Source: Cladosporium halotolerans (taxonomy: Eukaryota). Taken from it: a DNA stretch of 64,000 bases. Positions 38,313 to 49,955 of this stretch are shown here, in pieces. The stretch's first letter is position 1; each line of letters starts with the position of its first letter. The stretch spans positions 1 to 64,000 of the forward strand of contig NW_027191496.1 in assembly GCF_011745625.1 (NCBI RefSeq), in the 5' to 3' direction. Below the pieces are notes generated by a model. It saw only the letters and a list, made by a program, of their open reading frames with translations. It ran no database searches and was not told where the DNA came from. The translations under genes were made by a program, and so were the position numbers.

Positions 38313-40049
38313 CTACTGCTTCTGCTTCTTCTTGTCCGGCTCCTCTTCATCGTCGCTCACTTCAGCATAGATCGTCTCCGGCTGCGTCTCCTTCCAAGCA
38401 TTCGTAAACAGCGGGTCATTCTTCGCCTTGTCCGCGTATTTGAGTAGAGCTTCACGCGGATCCTCGTCACGCAGACTGCTGAGAGGGATCTGGCTCTTGA
38501 CGTAGCCCTCGTCGGGGTTTCCCTTCGCGAATGGTGTAGTTTGTGGCACATGCGGGCGTCTAGGATCCCTGCTGCGACCAGAGGCCGTTAAACCGACGTT
38601 GGGGTGGCGTGCGGCGAAGGAGGTGGCAGACGGTGCTGAGCCACCAGGGAGGATGACAGCGTCGTTCGAGATGCCCTGCGAAAGATCCGTGGTGAAATTC
38701 GGGTCGTCGTCGACATGGCGGCGTTTGGGAGCACGTGACATGACGAAGTTGGCGCCTCCAGTAGAAGTGTTTGGGTTGTACAGAATGTGTGTCTCACCAT
38801 TTGCAGAACCAGTGATGATCTGGTTGATTTTGGGGTGCCATGTCGCGGTGATTAGAGCAGATCCCCGTGTGACTGGTGTGACGAGTTCAGGGCGCAGAGT
38901 GGCAGGATTGAGAATGTGCAGGTGACCGGTCTCAGAGCCTGTAATGATGTTTGCTGAGTTCGATGTGAATCGGATACTTGTCGATGCGTATTGCGCAGAG
39001 GTTGAAGCATGTGATATGGTAGCCAGCGGTTGCTTGAATTTGCGGGTATCCCAAGTCTTGATGGTATCATCGCCGCCTCGCGTGACTACTAGTCTTCCGT
39101 CTGCACTGATGTCCACTCCACTGGTCCAGGTATTCGGCGCATGAGCTTCTCGTATCTCAGCGGCAGGCCTGCTGTATGGCCCTTCGCCATTCCACATCGA
39201 CATGGTACCGTCGAGGGCGGTAGCTACGAGGATGTTGTTTCCACCTTGCATGGGCGAACCCCATGCCACCGCAGTCATACGAGATCGTCCAGCTGAGCCA
39301 GCAGCCTTAGACTTATGTACTATGACCTCCTTTTGGCTCCTTGCATTGTTGATATCCCAAATTCGTAGAGTGCTGTCCGTTCCAGCCGTTACACAGAGGT
39401 TGCGATCAGTGGGATGCCATGTTCCTGTCGTCACTTCTGAGACATGGCCTTTTGTGTGATGCATATCTCGTAGGTACATGTCACCCTTGGCAAATTCTAC
39501 CAGCATGTCTCCTTCTCTTGAAAGCACCCGTGCTTGAGGGAGGGCAGTGGTGGTCAATATGTGCCCAGCCGAGATTGGATTGAAGATGACTTGGTTAATT
39601 GGATGGCTCTCCGCGTTCGAGCTTTTCGATTCTGTAGGATCGACAGATCGGAAAGCTCGTATCGTGGTCGGTGTCATAGAAGCAAAATCATGGAGCTTCA
39701 GCGAGCAGTCCATGGAACCCGTCACCAAGCGCGATCCAGACGGGTCCAGGGTGACAGCAGTGACGGCCTTGTCATGCGTCTTGATGATCATCTCGTGCGA
39801 GACGGGAAATTCATCCTCGTCATCACTCTCGTCGTCGTCGTCGTCACTATCATCGTCGCTGTCTTTCGCCTTGCGCGAGGCCTTGCCGGGCCTCGACTCC
39901 TCTGGGACGGATCTCTTGGTTGACTCCACCTGCTTCTGCACGCTGTCGTCTTTTGGTTTCTGTCGCGTTTGTTTTCCAAAAGACGTAGTACCTAGAAACT
40001 TCTGTAGCTCATCGTTTTGCTCAATCTCAGGCTCAGAGTCGGATCCCAT
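38313..40049 (-). CDS. WDR70: WD40-repeat protein WDR70/GAD-1 family
   Basis: FPVSHE, KGDMYLRDMHHTKGHVSEVT, TRGGDDTIKTWDTRKF, DEDPREALLKYA. Confidence 0.88.
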   Translation of the reverse strand: MGSDSEPEIEQNDELQKFLGTTSFGKQTRQKPKDDSVQKQVESTKRSVPEESRPGKASRKAKDSDDDSDDDDDESDDEDEFPVSHEMIIKTHDKAVTAVTLDPSGSRLVTGSMDCSLKLHDFASMTPTTIRAFRSVDPTESKSSNAESHPINQVIFNPISAGHILTTTALPQARVLSREGDMLVEFAKGDMYLRDMHHTKGHVSEVTTGTWHPTDRNLCVTAGTDSTLRIWDINNARSQKEVIVHKSKAAGSAGRSRMTAVAWGSPMQGGNNILVATALDGTMSMWNGEGPYSRPAAEIREAHAPNTWTSGVDISADGRLVVTRGGDDTIKTWDTRKFKQPLATISHASTSAQYASTSIRFTSNSANIITGSETGHLHILNPATLRPELVTPVTRGSALITATWHPKINQIITGSANGETHILYNPNTSTGGANFVMSRAPKRRHVDDDPNFTTDLSQGISNDAVILPGGSAPSATSFAARHPNVGLTASGRSRDPRRPHVPQTTPFAKGNPDEGYVKSQIPLSSLRDEDPREALLKYADKAKNDPLFTNAWKETQPETIYAEVSDDEEEPDKKKQKQ

Positions 40050-40461
40050 CTTTGCGCTTGGGCCTGGGCCTGGACCTGCGTCTGCGGTGTTGCGAGCTTC
40101 GCGCGCGGTGATAATGAATCGGCAAGAAGAAAGTGAGTTCCACTTACGGCTGCACTACCTGTCAATCACGTGCCTGCAGTTGGTGTACAATCGACAACCT
40201 TTAGCAAGTCGTGAATGAGCAGAAAGAGACCGCGGTGGAAGTCCGCGCCCAGGTCAAGCTCCAAACCTCAGGCCCACCTTCACAAGCCAGCCGCCTGGAA
40301 GTCGCCGCTTGGCGAAGATCCACCGAACAAACCCCACCACCGCCCACCTTCTGCCCTTCGCGGACAACGTGGCGAAAAGAATGGACCTCCTGCACCACGC
40401 CGCGAACCTCTACCACTCCTTCAACAACCTGAGTTTGTCGCTGTTCGAAGCACAAGACGAG

Positions 40462-41545
40462 ATGGCAGACAATGCGTTCAGCAAAGCGACCGCAACGGTC
40501 GAGTTCCTGAGACTCGCTTTGCCGCCTGCGCTTGCGAAGCCGCGGGTTGCGATTGTCTGTGGCAGTGGACTGGGAGGTTTGGTTGCGACGTTGAACGACG
40601 ATGTGAGAGAAGAGTGGGCGTACAAGGACGTACCAAATTTCCCTCAAAGTACAGGTGAGTGATCTGTCGGGACAGCAGCTAAACTCACGGATCACAAATG
40701 GTCTTCAAGAAAGGAAACTGAGATAAGACGTGTAGTGGCTGGCCATGCAGGCAAACTTATTTTTGGTACATTGGGCAAGGAGAAAGTCCCTGTGATGCTC
40801 CTGGTCGGCAGAGCGCAGTCAGTAGCCACCGATCTACATAGTATGCCAAAGACCGCGCGCGCTCATGATTTTCTTTCTCAGTTTCTACGAGGGCCATGCC
40901 ATGGAGGCCGTCACGTTCGCAACCCGCGTGTGCAAGGTCATCGGTGTCGAGACCATGCTCCTAACCAACGCTGCCGGAGGCTTGAACCCGTCCTATTCTG
41001 TTGGTGACATCGTTTGCTTGAACGACCACCTCAACCTGGCAGGCCTTGTAGGTTTCCATCCGCTTCGTGGAGCCAACGAGGAAGACTTTGGTGTCAGGTT
41101 CCCTCCGCTTTCCGATGCATACGACCTGCAACTGCGCCAGCAAGCACACGAGGCTTGGAATGACCTACGCAAGGAGTCGCCCAGCAACAGAAAGATGCAT
41201 GAGGGTGTCTATGCTTTCGTAGCTGGGCCGACCTACGAGACCAGATCCGAGTGCCGGCTGCTCCATGGGCTTGGTGCAGACGTTGTGGGAATGAGCACTG
41301 TCCCCGAGATCGTGGTAGCGAGACACAGCGGTATGCGTGTTCTCGCCTTCAGCCTGGTCACCAACAATGCTGTGCTGGAGAAGGTGCCGAGAGGCGACGA
41401 TCCTCAGCTTCAAGGATTGACCAAGGAGCAGCTCGAGGAGAAGCTAAGCCTCGGAAAAGCGAACCATGAGGAGGTGCTCGAAGCGGGACAGCAGGCTGCA
41501 CTCGACATGCAGGGGCTGGTTTTGCGCATCGTGTCACAGCTGTAA
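40462..41545 (+). CDS. PNP1: Purine nucleoside phosphorylase; introns 40655-40735 and 40818-40881; alternative in-frame ATG at 40381
   Basis: IVCGSGLGGL, PQST/VAGHAG, GRA/HFYEG, TNAAGG, GPTYET, VGMSTVPE. Confidence 0.95.
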
Positions 41546-41596
41546 ATAATGTCAAGAGCCATACTTGTTTCCAAGCACGACACGCAGAGGGCATGT

Positions 41597-42522
41597 TCAG
41601 CCGGAGCCCTTCTTGACACCGCCCTTTCTCTTTTCCTTAAGAGCCTTGTAGAAAGCCTTCTTGCCGCTGCCCTTCTTCTCTTGAGCCTCGCCATACTTCT
41701 TCTTGAAGCGACCGTTCTGCTGTTCGCCGGCAAGGACTTCTTCGACAAGCGTGCGTTTGCGATTCTTGTTCTCGATTCTGCCAGAAAGATACTCGGTCGG
41801 CCCCTCAATGATGGTACCAACCTGGCTGTACTCGGGCGCCTGCATCTTGCCACCTTCCTTCTTGTAGTGACGATGCGGGTCAAGCACGTTACGCATCTTC
41901 AGCAGCTGAAGATCCCTCTTGAGCTCTGGTGTGAGGTCCGTGCGAGGGAGGTTGTACCACTGGGTGCCAGCGGTGGCCTTCTTTTTCTGGTGAAACTGTT
42001 AACAATTGTACCATGCGATACGATGTGCGAGTCGAATCAGTGTGGTAGAGGTGTCTCAGAGTAACTATGAAAAATAAAACTCTCATTTTGGCAGAAGGGC
42101 GACCAAAACGGCGCCCCGACTCTGCTCGAGGGAAAAAATTGGGAATATTTTCCTCATAGACAGGGAGAGGGTAAAGGCATGAATGAATGCAAACGTACCT
42201 CGGCAGCAATCTTCTTCGCCGTAACGGGGTCCTCGACCTTGCGAATCAAGCCCTCGCTCTGGCGGGCCTTGTCGTCGATGAGGCGGCTCTTGTCGGCCTG
42301 GGTGATGTGTCCCTTGGTAGTGGCATAAGGTTTCTCCAGGTTGCCAGCATCCATCTTGGGGAAAGTGAACTGCTGAGGTGCCTCCGACTCAAACATCTTG
42401 CCTTCCTCCTTCTCCTTCAGCCGACTGGTCGCCTGTGCAAGAAGCTCCTCCATCTGCTCGTCCGTGAGATCATCATGGGAGGATGCCACTTTTGGCAGAG
42501 CTTCCAGTGCGTCGGAAGCCAT
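41597..42522 (-). CDS. FCF2: rRNA-processing protein Fcf2; intron 41987-42198
   Basis: Spliced AAE/KKKATAGTQWYNLPRTDLTPELKRDLQLLKMRNVLDPHRHYKK..VGTIIEG..RKRTLVEEVL. Confidence 0.9.
42052..42162 (-). ncRNA. Intronic box C/D snoRNA, predicted guide for 25S rRNA Am2256 (snR63/SNORD46-type target)
   Basis: Terminal stem TGTC/GACA, box C variant ATGAGGA (42157-42151), box D CTGA (42059-42056) preceded by TCATAGTTACT, complementary to the LSU rRNA helix-69 sequence AGUAACUAUGA. Confidence 0.85.
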
Positions 42523-42814
42523 GCTTGTCGAAATGCCGAAACCGAGAGCGGCTGGCAGATGCAGAAGAGAAGAAAGAGAGGGCAGGTGTAGCCAGCGCAA
42601 ATAAAAGTTAACTAGCGCGCATGCGGAACGCTTCCGCGGCTGCGCCGAAAGCGACATGGGCTGCGCTAGCAGCAGCGTCATGGCATTGTTTAAAGCATCC
42701 AGCCAACTTCCAACCCTCGCCTACCTCGTCTTGTATATGCCCCCTTGCCTATTTCCTGTACATATTTCGCTCGAGGTTCTCATCTAAGACTGCTCATTCG
42801 ATCCCGCGACCACC

Positions 42815-44802
42815 ATGTCGCCCAAAGTCTCCTTCGCAAAGACCACGTTGCCCTTTCCCATCTTCGCTGCCGACTTCGATCCATTCAATCGCGGGTATCT
42901 GGTGGTAGGAGGCGGCGGCGGCGAAGGCCGTAGTGGTGTCCCTAATCAAATAGTCAGTAATGATTCCAGTACATTCAGAATTCGCGTTTCTAAAGCTCTG
43001 TATAGGCGGTCCTTGATGTCCAAGATCGATCTACCATTTCCACGGTTGCCGAAATCGACCTTTCGAGAGACGAAGACTCTGTTCAATCACTTGCCAGCCT
43101 CGCGACGCAGGATGGTCTGATCACGTTCGCCGGTATCAATTCGTCCCAAACGAACCAGAACGCTGGCAAGAACGACCACTTCCGATCATTCGAGATCAAA
43201 TACCCGCCGCGGAAGAAGCAGAAGACGGACGAGGAGAAGGGGCATGTCAACTCGTTAGGCAGGAACAGCTTGTTCAAGCCCACGCCATCTGCTAAGAGCG
43301 AGACATATCAACGCTTACTGCGTCTTTCGCCAGCTCAGAAGCGCGCGGGTGGAAGTAGGCGGATAGGCGCCATTGCGACGGGACTGGCCAAGAAATCGGA
43401 GCTGGTCGTTTTTAATGCAACGACCTCGACCCCCGGTTCCGAAGATATTATCACGCGAATCGAGCCTGATGGTGGCGCTGAGGTGGCAGACCTCGATGTG
43501 GCTACGGCTGGCACTGACGAGTTCAGCGTGGCTTACTGCACGGATTATAACATCTACGAGCAGACATACCAATATGATTTCAGCAAGAAGCAGGTGCAGA
43601 AGATGCCTAACGGTCCTCGCCGCATCCACCAGATGCCATTTCCCGATGCCACGGAGAACCCAGCCTCCAGGCCCAAGTTCCGCGCCCTTCGATTCCTCGA
43701 TTCGCAGAACGTCGTTGCGCTGCTCAACAAACCTGGTAGGACTGGTTCCGAGCTTCGCATTTACCACCTCTACCCAACAGGGCCTGCGATCATGACACTC
43801 CAGATGAGCCTGCCTTCTCACATCAAGCAGGCAGTCAGCTTGGACGTCTGCGCTCTTGACACAGATAAGAAAGGCAACCGACAAAGCGTGGTTGCCGTGG
43901 CCGGACAAGACATCAGCATCGAAATTTACACCATCAACTACACTCGCAACACGGACACGTTCTCTCGTTTCCGGTCCTACCAAAGCTCCAAGAACGTCCA
44001 CCCGCAGCAGATGACGAAGCTGTGCCTCTCGCCTTTTCATTCGCCCGCCCGCGCACAGGGCCCTGACTCCCAGCCTTCGACCGATGAGAAGAAGCCCAAG
44101 GCACCTATGCATCCTGGTCCTCAGTATATCCGTCTGGCCTCTGTCAGCTACGGTAACACGGTCGTGGTCGACACTCTTCCCCTGAGCCCGCTGGACCCCA
44201 AGGACAAAGACTCGCGCTACGTGCTCTCGCATCCTGACGACGAACGCTTCCAGCGCATCGCCTACACCTACTTCGCCTTCCTCATCCCCCTCCTCATGGC
44301 TTACCTGGTCCACTTCTTTATGTATCCCGAAGTCTCCGTCGCCACGCGCCTCATCAACGTCCTGCCCGAGCCCGTGCGCCACCGCTTCGGCACTCCAGTT
44401 CCCCTCCCTGTCGCGCAAAGCTTCGGCAGCGCAGTACACAGCACGGCTTCGTCCATTGTCGCAAGCGACGTGCCCACCGCAGTTCCCGGCCAACAAAGGC
44501 TTGCAGACCTGTTGTCGGTCCCGGGCGCCGAGCAGAATGCGCTGGTCGTGCGCCACGACCCGGCGAACACCGGCGTTGCCGTCGACGTGCACCCGGACAA
44601 GCAGGCCCTGCTTGCCGAGCACGCCGAAGCGAAGCACTGGCACGAGCTGAGCGACGAGCACAAGGCGGAGTGGAAGCGGAGGCTGAAGGCAGCCGGCTAC
44701 TGGGTCGAGAGCGAGGGCGAGCGCGTACTGAAGGGCGTCATGTTCTCCACATACGCTGGCCTGGTTGGGCAAGCTGCGGGCGAGATCTTGCGTGAGCTGT
44801 AG
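42815..44802 (+). CDS. SEC12: Sar1 guanine-nucleotide exchange factor Sec12 (PREB-like); intron 42953-43005
   Basis: N-terminal K-loop region FPIFAADF..VVGGGGGEGRSGVPNQI, beta-propeller-like body, one TM, lumenal tail. Confidence 0.85.
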
Positions 44803-45242
44803 ACTGAAAAGACTGTGGCTGGAGAAAGCCTTGCAGATTAAGGGGATGATTGACAAGAGTTTCTTTTAATCGTGATTATTAAGAGTGTGCCTAACAAAAA
44901 GCGGGAAAACGAGGCCTACGTTTCTACTTTGTACCCCCACGATCAATCAATCCATCTCGTCAAATCCGTCAGACCCACTCTTTTCTTTCCCATACTCCGT
45001 CGTACCCTTCCCAACCGGTGTAAATGCAAGAGCCCCTCGCTAAAACCATTGACAAAGGAACAACGACAAGCCCCTACTCCTCCCCAAACAACTTAGGCCT
45101 CGGGCGCGTGGATCATTACAGAGGCCCGCCTCAAGCAGGTATCGGGAGACGCAAAAAAACAAAAAGACGAAAAAGTCACAACGAAAAAATCAAGCGCGGC
45201 TCAAATCCATCAACACGACGAGTCGGACGCAAAGCTCGCCCT

Positions 45243-47224
45243 CTAAGCGTGCCCGTTCGCCTCTCCGCCGTCACCCATGTACTTTTCCATGAATTGGATG
45301 TAGTCGTACTTGGGCAGGTCACGGTCCTCCTTAAGGTCCGGGCCGCGGTGCGCGGGCATGCTCTCCATCAGCTGCTGCACGATCTCCTCCGGGATCAGGC
45401 TGTGGGTGAGGTCGAGCTCGGTGACGTAGGGCTTGCCATCGGCGACCTCGCGGAAGCTCTCGAAGACCTGCTCCGCAGTGTTCTGGTCCTCGGTCACGTC
45501 GACCATGAAGCGGATGAATTGCTCGAAGCTGACGCTGCCGCCGCGGCCGGCGACCTCGACGAAGCGGTCATGCATTTCGTCTTCGTCATAGACAAGGCCG
45601 AGCGAGGCGAGGGCGGCGCTGAATTCGAGTTCTTGCAGGCTGTTTGAGACGTCGCGGTCAAAGTGGCGGAAGACGGACTCGAATTCTTCCAGTTGCATTG
45701 GTGTCAGGTTGGTCATGTTACGTGCAACCATCTGGTTTTCGAGGAACACGAGCTTCTTCTGTACTGAAGAGCGGACTAGAGAAAGCTCGTAGACGAGTTC
45801 CTCGTAAGTGTATGTTGTGTAGTCGTTTTCTTCGATGTTGGCCTGTTCGCACTGCTTGTCGAGCTTAGCGATGACCTCGAGGTATTGGTCAAGGGGTGGC
45901 AGATGCTGAGAAATTTGTTGAGTGTGGTTAAGCTGGTCTTCGACATCGCCTTCCAGTCCCGAGATGCTCATGCTGATGGTGCTTAGGGCGAGCGCAAAGT
46001 CGTTAGCCTTGTCTGCGAAGGTGCGGCGGAGATTGTTCTTGATGTCGCGGATGGTGTTATTAATGACCTGGCTGCGCTCGCGCTCTGATTGTGTGAGACT
46101 TTGCCAGGCTTTATCGAGGGCATCCAGACTCAGCTCTGGAGGCGGATTGTAGGGACTCAAGCGGTATGTGCTCAGTTTGGTCTTGATGTTTCCGAGGAGA
46201 CCTGCCAGGTCGCTCTTCTCTGCGATCTTCGTCCGCTTGTCCTTCAGCTTGTAGCTCGTGAACTCTGCAAGCTGCTCCTTCGCATTTGTGTATGTCCCAT
46301 CAAACACAGCCTCTGCCCACTGCTTCTCCTTCTCGGCAATTGACGCAAGCAAAGCCCGCATCCTCCTCTCGTAGTTGTTCTGCATCTCCCACGCACCCTG
46401 CATGTTCGTGACGAACTTCTCCACTCTGCGCCCAGCATTCTCGACCTTCTCCATATGCGAGAAAGCGTGAAACCAGTAGGCGATGTAGGTCATGAGCGAG
46501 CGCTCGTCGGGCTTGGCGACATCGCAGACGTCCTCCACGTCGAGCAGGTCTGGGATGCCGATCTCCTTAGAAGCGATGTCGAAGGCCAGCTGCATGTTTC
46601 CGCGGTGGTCTGACTTATCCAGGCTGTCGTAGTCCATCAGGTCGGGTCTGTGGATGTCCAGCAGGGCGCAGAAGGCCAGGCCATTGTTCCAACTGGTCGA
46701 AAAGTCCTGCACCGACACTTCATTGTAGCACGCCGTCTTTCTCTGACACCACAAGAGCAACCCCTCTCTCGCGCTCAGGCCCTGGTCATTGATATCGCTG
46801 ATCGTGAACCGCAGAATGAGCGTCCAAATCAGACCCAGAATAATCTTGCGATTCCCGTCCACAATATCCTCCGCGCCGATGTTCGTCAATTGAATCTTCC
46901 GCCCTTTAATGAAATCCAGCGCTATGTTGGCGTTCTCAAACCGCTGCACACGGAGCTTCGGCTTGGCAGCATATCGGCCGAGGGATTCCTGTGAGAGGAT
47001 CTCGAGGAGGTGGATGAGGACGGTGCCGTCGGAGACATCCTGGACGAGGTCGTTAACATGCACGCCGCGCACGGCGAGTTTGCTGTTGAGCCTGTTTGCG
47101 GTACGCCGTTAGCCATTTGCGCCGCATTTCATTTCCCCCCTCCTGCCCCTCTCGCCCCTGTCACGCACCATTTTCCAAACGTCTTCTCCTGCACCTTCAC
47201 CCAGCTCTGCTCGAGCACCGCCAT
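45243..47224 (-). CDS. AIN1: Alpha-actinin (2 CH domains, spectrin repeats, EF-hands); intron 47092-47168
   Basis: MAVLEQSWVKVQEKTFGK/WLNSKL, IGAEDIVDGNRKIILGLIWTLILRF, KPDERSLMTY, EF-hand FRHFDRD. Confidence 0.95.
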
Positions 47225-48017
47225 GTCCCAGCTGACAGCAGCGCCCTACGCAGCGCAGCGGCCGGTTTGTTGTCCTTGGGTCCGTGGCTGCTGTTGCACG
47301 CTTAGTGCACTGTAATAGATGTCCTGCTCGCTTTCCGTGCGAAGGAATTGATTAATGCCCAACAGAGTAAATGGTGACGTTGGCCAGTAATGGCGAGAGC
47401 CGATGTGTAATTTGTTTGGATCACTGAAGTGGGCTGGGTGTAACAGGGCACAGCCTGGGGAGGGGTGCGGATCTTGGGACTTGAGTTTCGCGGCCCGCCA
47501 AAACACAGGAGAAGTCGAGCCCTGGCAACTGCAACTTGGACGCTACAGTAGCCCACCACGCGCGCAAACCAAGAGTCCGGCCTAGCGCGTCTGTTTCTTG
47601 ATGATGCTTTGGGAGCGGCGACATGAAGTTGGTTTGTAATATATCCGATGTAGCTGGGCTTTTTAATGGTTCACGTACCCTACACTACCCTAAACTATGT
47701 ATGAAGTAGACGTGCTTCTCAGACGTGCCCAGGTTCTCGGGACTCTGCCGTGTGGATACTATACGGACCCTTGTCTGGGGTTGAATGCTGATGGGGGCTC
47801 ACGCGAGGTCCGAAATGAACAGAGATCGCAGCATAATGATGTTGAGACAAGAGATGCTGTATCCATTGCTGAATGAGAGTTTGTAAATTTCATTCTACTT
47901 TCACTGGTAACCTTTCCTGATCCTTCCGTATCGTCCATATCGTTCCCATCGTAGTAGTAATATCATGATAGTACATAGGAGAGGGTTTTCAGGACCCGAA
48001 GGAGCCGCAAACATCGC

Positions 48018-49955
48018 TCAAATCCACGTTGTCTGCTCCTCTTCCTCCGCAAGAGGCTTCTGCGCCTGCGCAGAAGGTGTCCTCGAGAGCCTACCGCCAG
48101 CGATCGACGGCCTTCCTCTCTGCACCACGCGTCCCGCCTGCAGGATTGCGCGGTTGGAGAGGGTGCTGGGCTTGCGCATGATGTCGCACACGGCAGCCTG
48201 GGGAGATCTTTCTGGCTCGGAGTCCTGAACAGCGGCCACCGCGTCCGTGCTGCTGCATGCAGTGTTGCTGTGAACCAACTCAGGGATGCTGTTCAACGAG
48301 GCGACAGATGAGTGGCCGTTGTCGCTGGTTGGGGCCATCGGGCGGATGCCACTTTCGTAGGACGCGCAGGAGTTGGACTTTCGGTGTCTCGAGCTGCCGG
48401 TTCGCGTGGAAGCATCATCGCTCAAGCTGCCGACAGAGGCGCCTAGATGCATGATTTCGGGACCGAACATTGGCTTTGACTCCTCTACGTCTTCAGAGAC
48501 GGAGGCGAGGTGTTCCTGGCTTGCCTGCGCGTGCCCGTCGTGGTATCGAGTCTCGTAATTCGCGGAGTTCGTCCTGGCGTGCTGAAATCCCCGATGGCCG
48601 ACGATCGATGAACGGCGGCGCTGCAATGGGCTGGTGTTCTGTGGCGCCGCAGCAAACAAAGCAGAGGTCCTCGATCCATCGTTGGGCGGAAGGAATTTTG
48701 ACAGTCGGAACGCACCGTCTGCGTCTTCTTCGGGCTCATCCCAATGGAAATCGCAAGTTGACTCTGCTTCCTGCTCGTAACAAAAGTCCACGTCATTTTC
48801 CCAAGAAGCCTCGGAAACGTCGGCCAGTGATCCGTATTCGTCTTTGCCGTCGAATGATCCCGCATTAACTTGGTTGCTAGTTGAGGACTTGGGCGAGTTC
48901 ATGGAGGACGCTGTCTCGCTGTAAGATCCGATTGAGTATTGCGAGTCAAACGTCATGCGTTTCGATTTTCGTTTTGATCCAGCAGGTTGCGGAAGAGCTG
49001 GTAGAGGCTGTTGTGAACGGTATTTGACTTCCGAAGGAGAGCAATGCATAACCTGCACGTCAAGCGGCGGTTTGGATTCCGCTTCCGGAACATTCGGATT
49101 GTGTGTGGAAAGCCGGACGACCCGACTAATGGCAGACGGGTTTCGTTGCATGGCGCTTTGGGTCTGACACGACGACGCTCGAGGTCGGCCGTGACCGGTT
49201 ACAGCCGGCTGCATGATATGTCTAACATCCATTGAGCGGCTGCTGGAGTGATGGGGTCCAGATCCAGGTTCGGGCAGACAGGGTGTGGTTGGCCTTGACG
49301 ACGCTGAGGAGCGCGTTTCGTCCAGCTTCGGCGACAGATCGGTCGCTCTGATACCTTGGAGATCACTCGAGGGCGACTGTTGTTGGGCTTGAAACTGAAC
49401 GCGTGATAGGCCTTTTTCGTCAACGGTGGCCAGGTCTGGTACATGTTTCCTTCGTGTATGGCTGAGATGTTGGAAGTTGAATGGCGGCGAGATAGATTGC
49501 TTGCGCAAGTGACTGTGGTCTTTTGAACAAGTTAGTCTCGGACTGAATGCTGTGCGTCACCGTGGTGTAAACGTACACTCATCCACCGATTTGAAACTCC
49601 TAGGAGGCATCTCTGAGCCCGGGATATCCTCATCGTGGACAGACTTTCGAAGCGACTTTTTGCGACTGCGGAAAAGCGAGTGTCGTTTCGACAAGGTCGG
49701 ATCTGTGTGACTGCGCTCCATGACACCTGATGATGATGAAGGTCGGGGCACAGCTTGACATGTCGACAGGCTTCGGTTGGTCGTTCGCATAGAATCCAGA
49801 TCGGACGCGTCCAGATCAATACTGGCGTTACGTGTTTCGGGGCGTGAGAATATAGAGTTGCGTTTAATCAAGCCATTGGCTTTTGCATTCTGGAGGAATT
49901 GGCCTGGAGCCTGGGCGACAGCCGCTATAGATTGGTGGAAAGAGGATTGTGACAT
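48018..49955 (-). CDS. CRIB (Cdc42/Rac-binding) domain, largely disordered protein; intron 49520-49576
   Basis: ISPPFNFQHLSH matches the CRIB consensus; conserved-looking acidic box SWENDVDFCYEQEAESTCDFHW. Confidence 0.8.

Noticed and set aside
43315..44856. 513-aa antisense ORF over SEC12 (similar cases: 3897-5177, 25047-26291, 55624-56259, 63106-63873)
   Set aside because: Shadow ORFs produced by GC3 codon bias of the real gene on the other strand; no recognisable motifs
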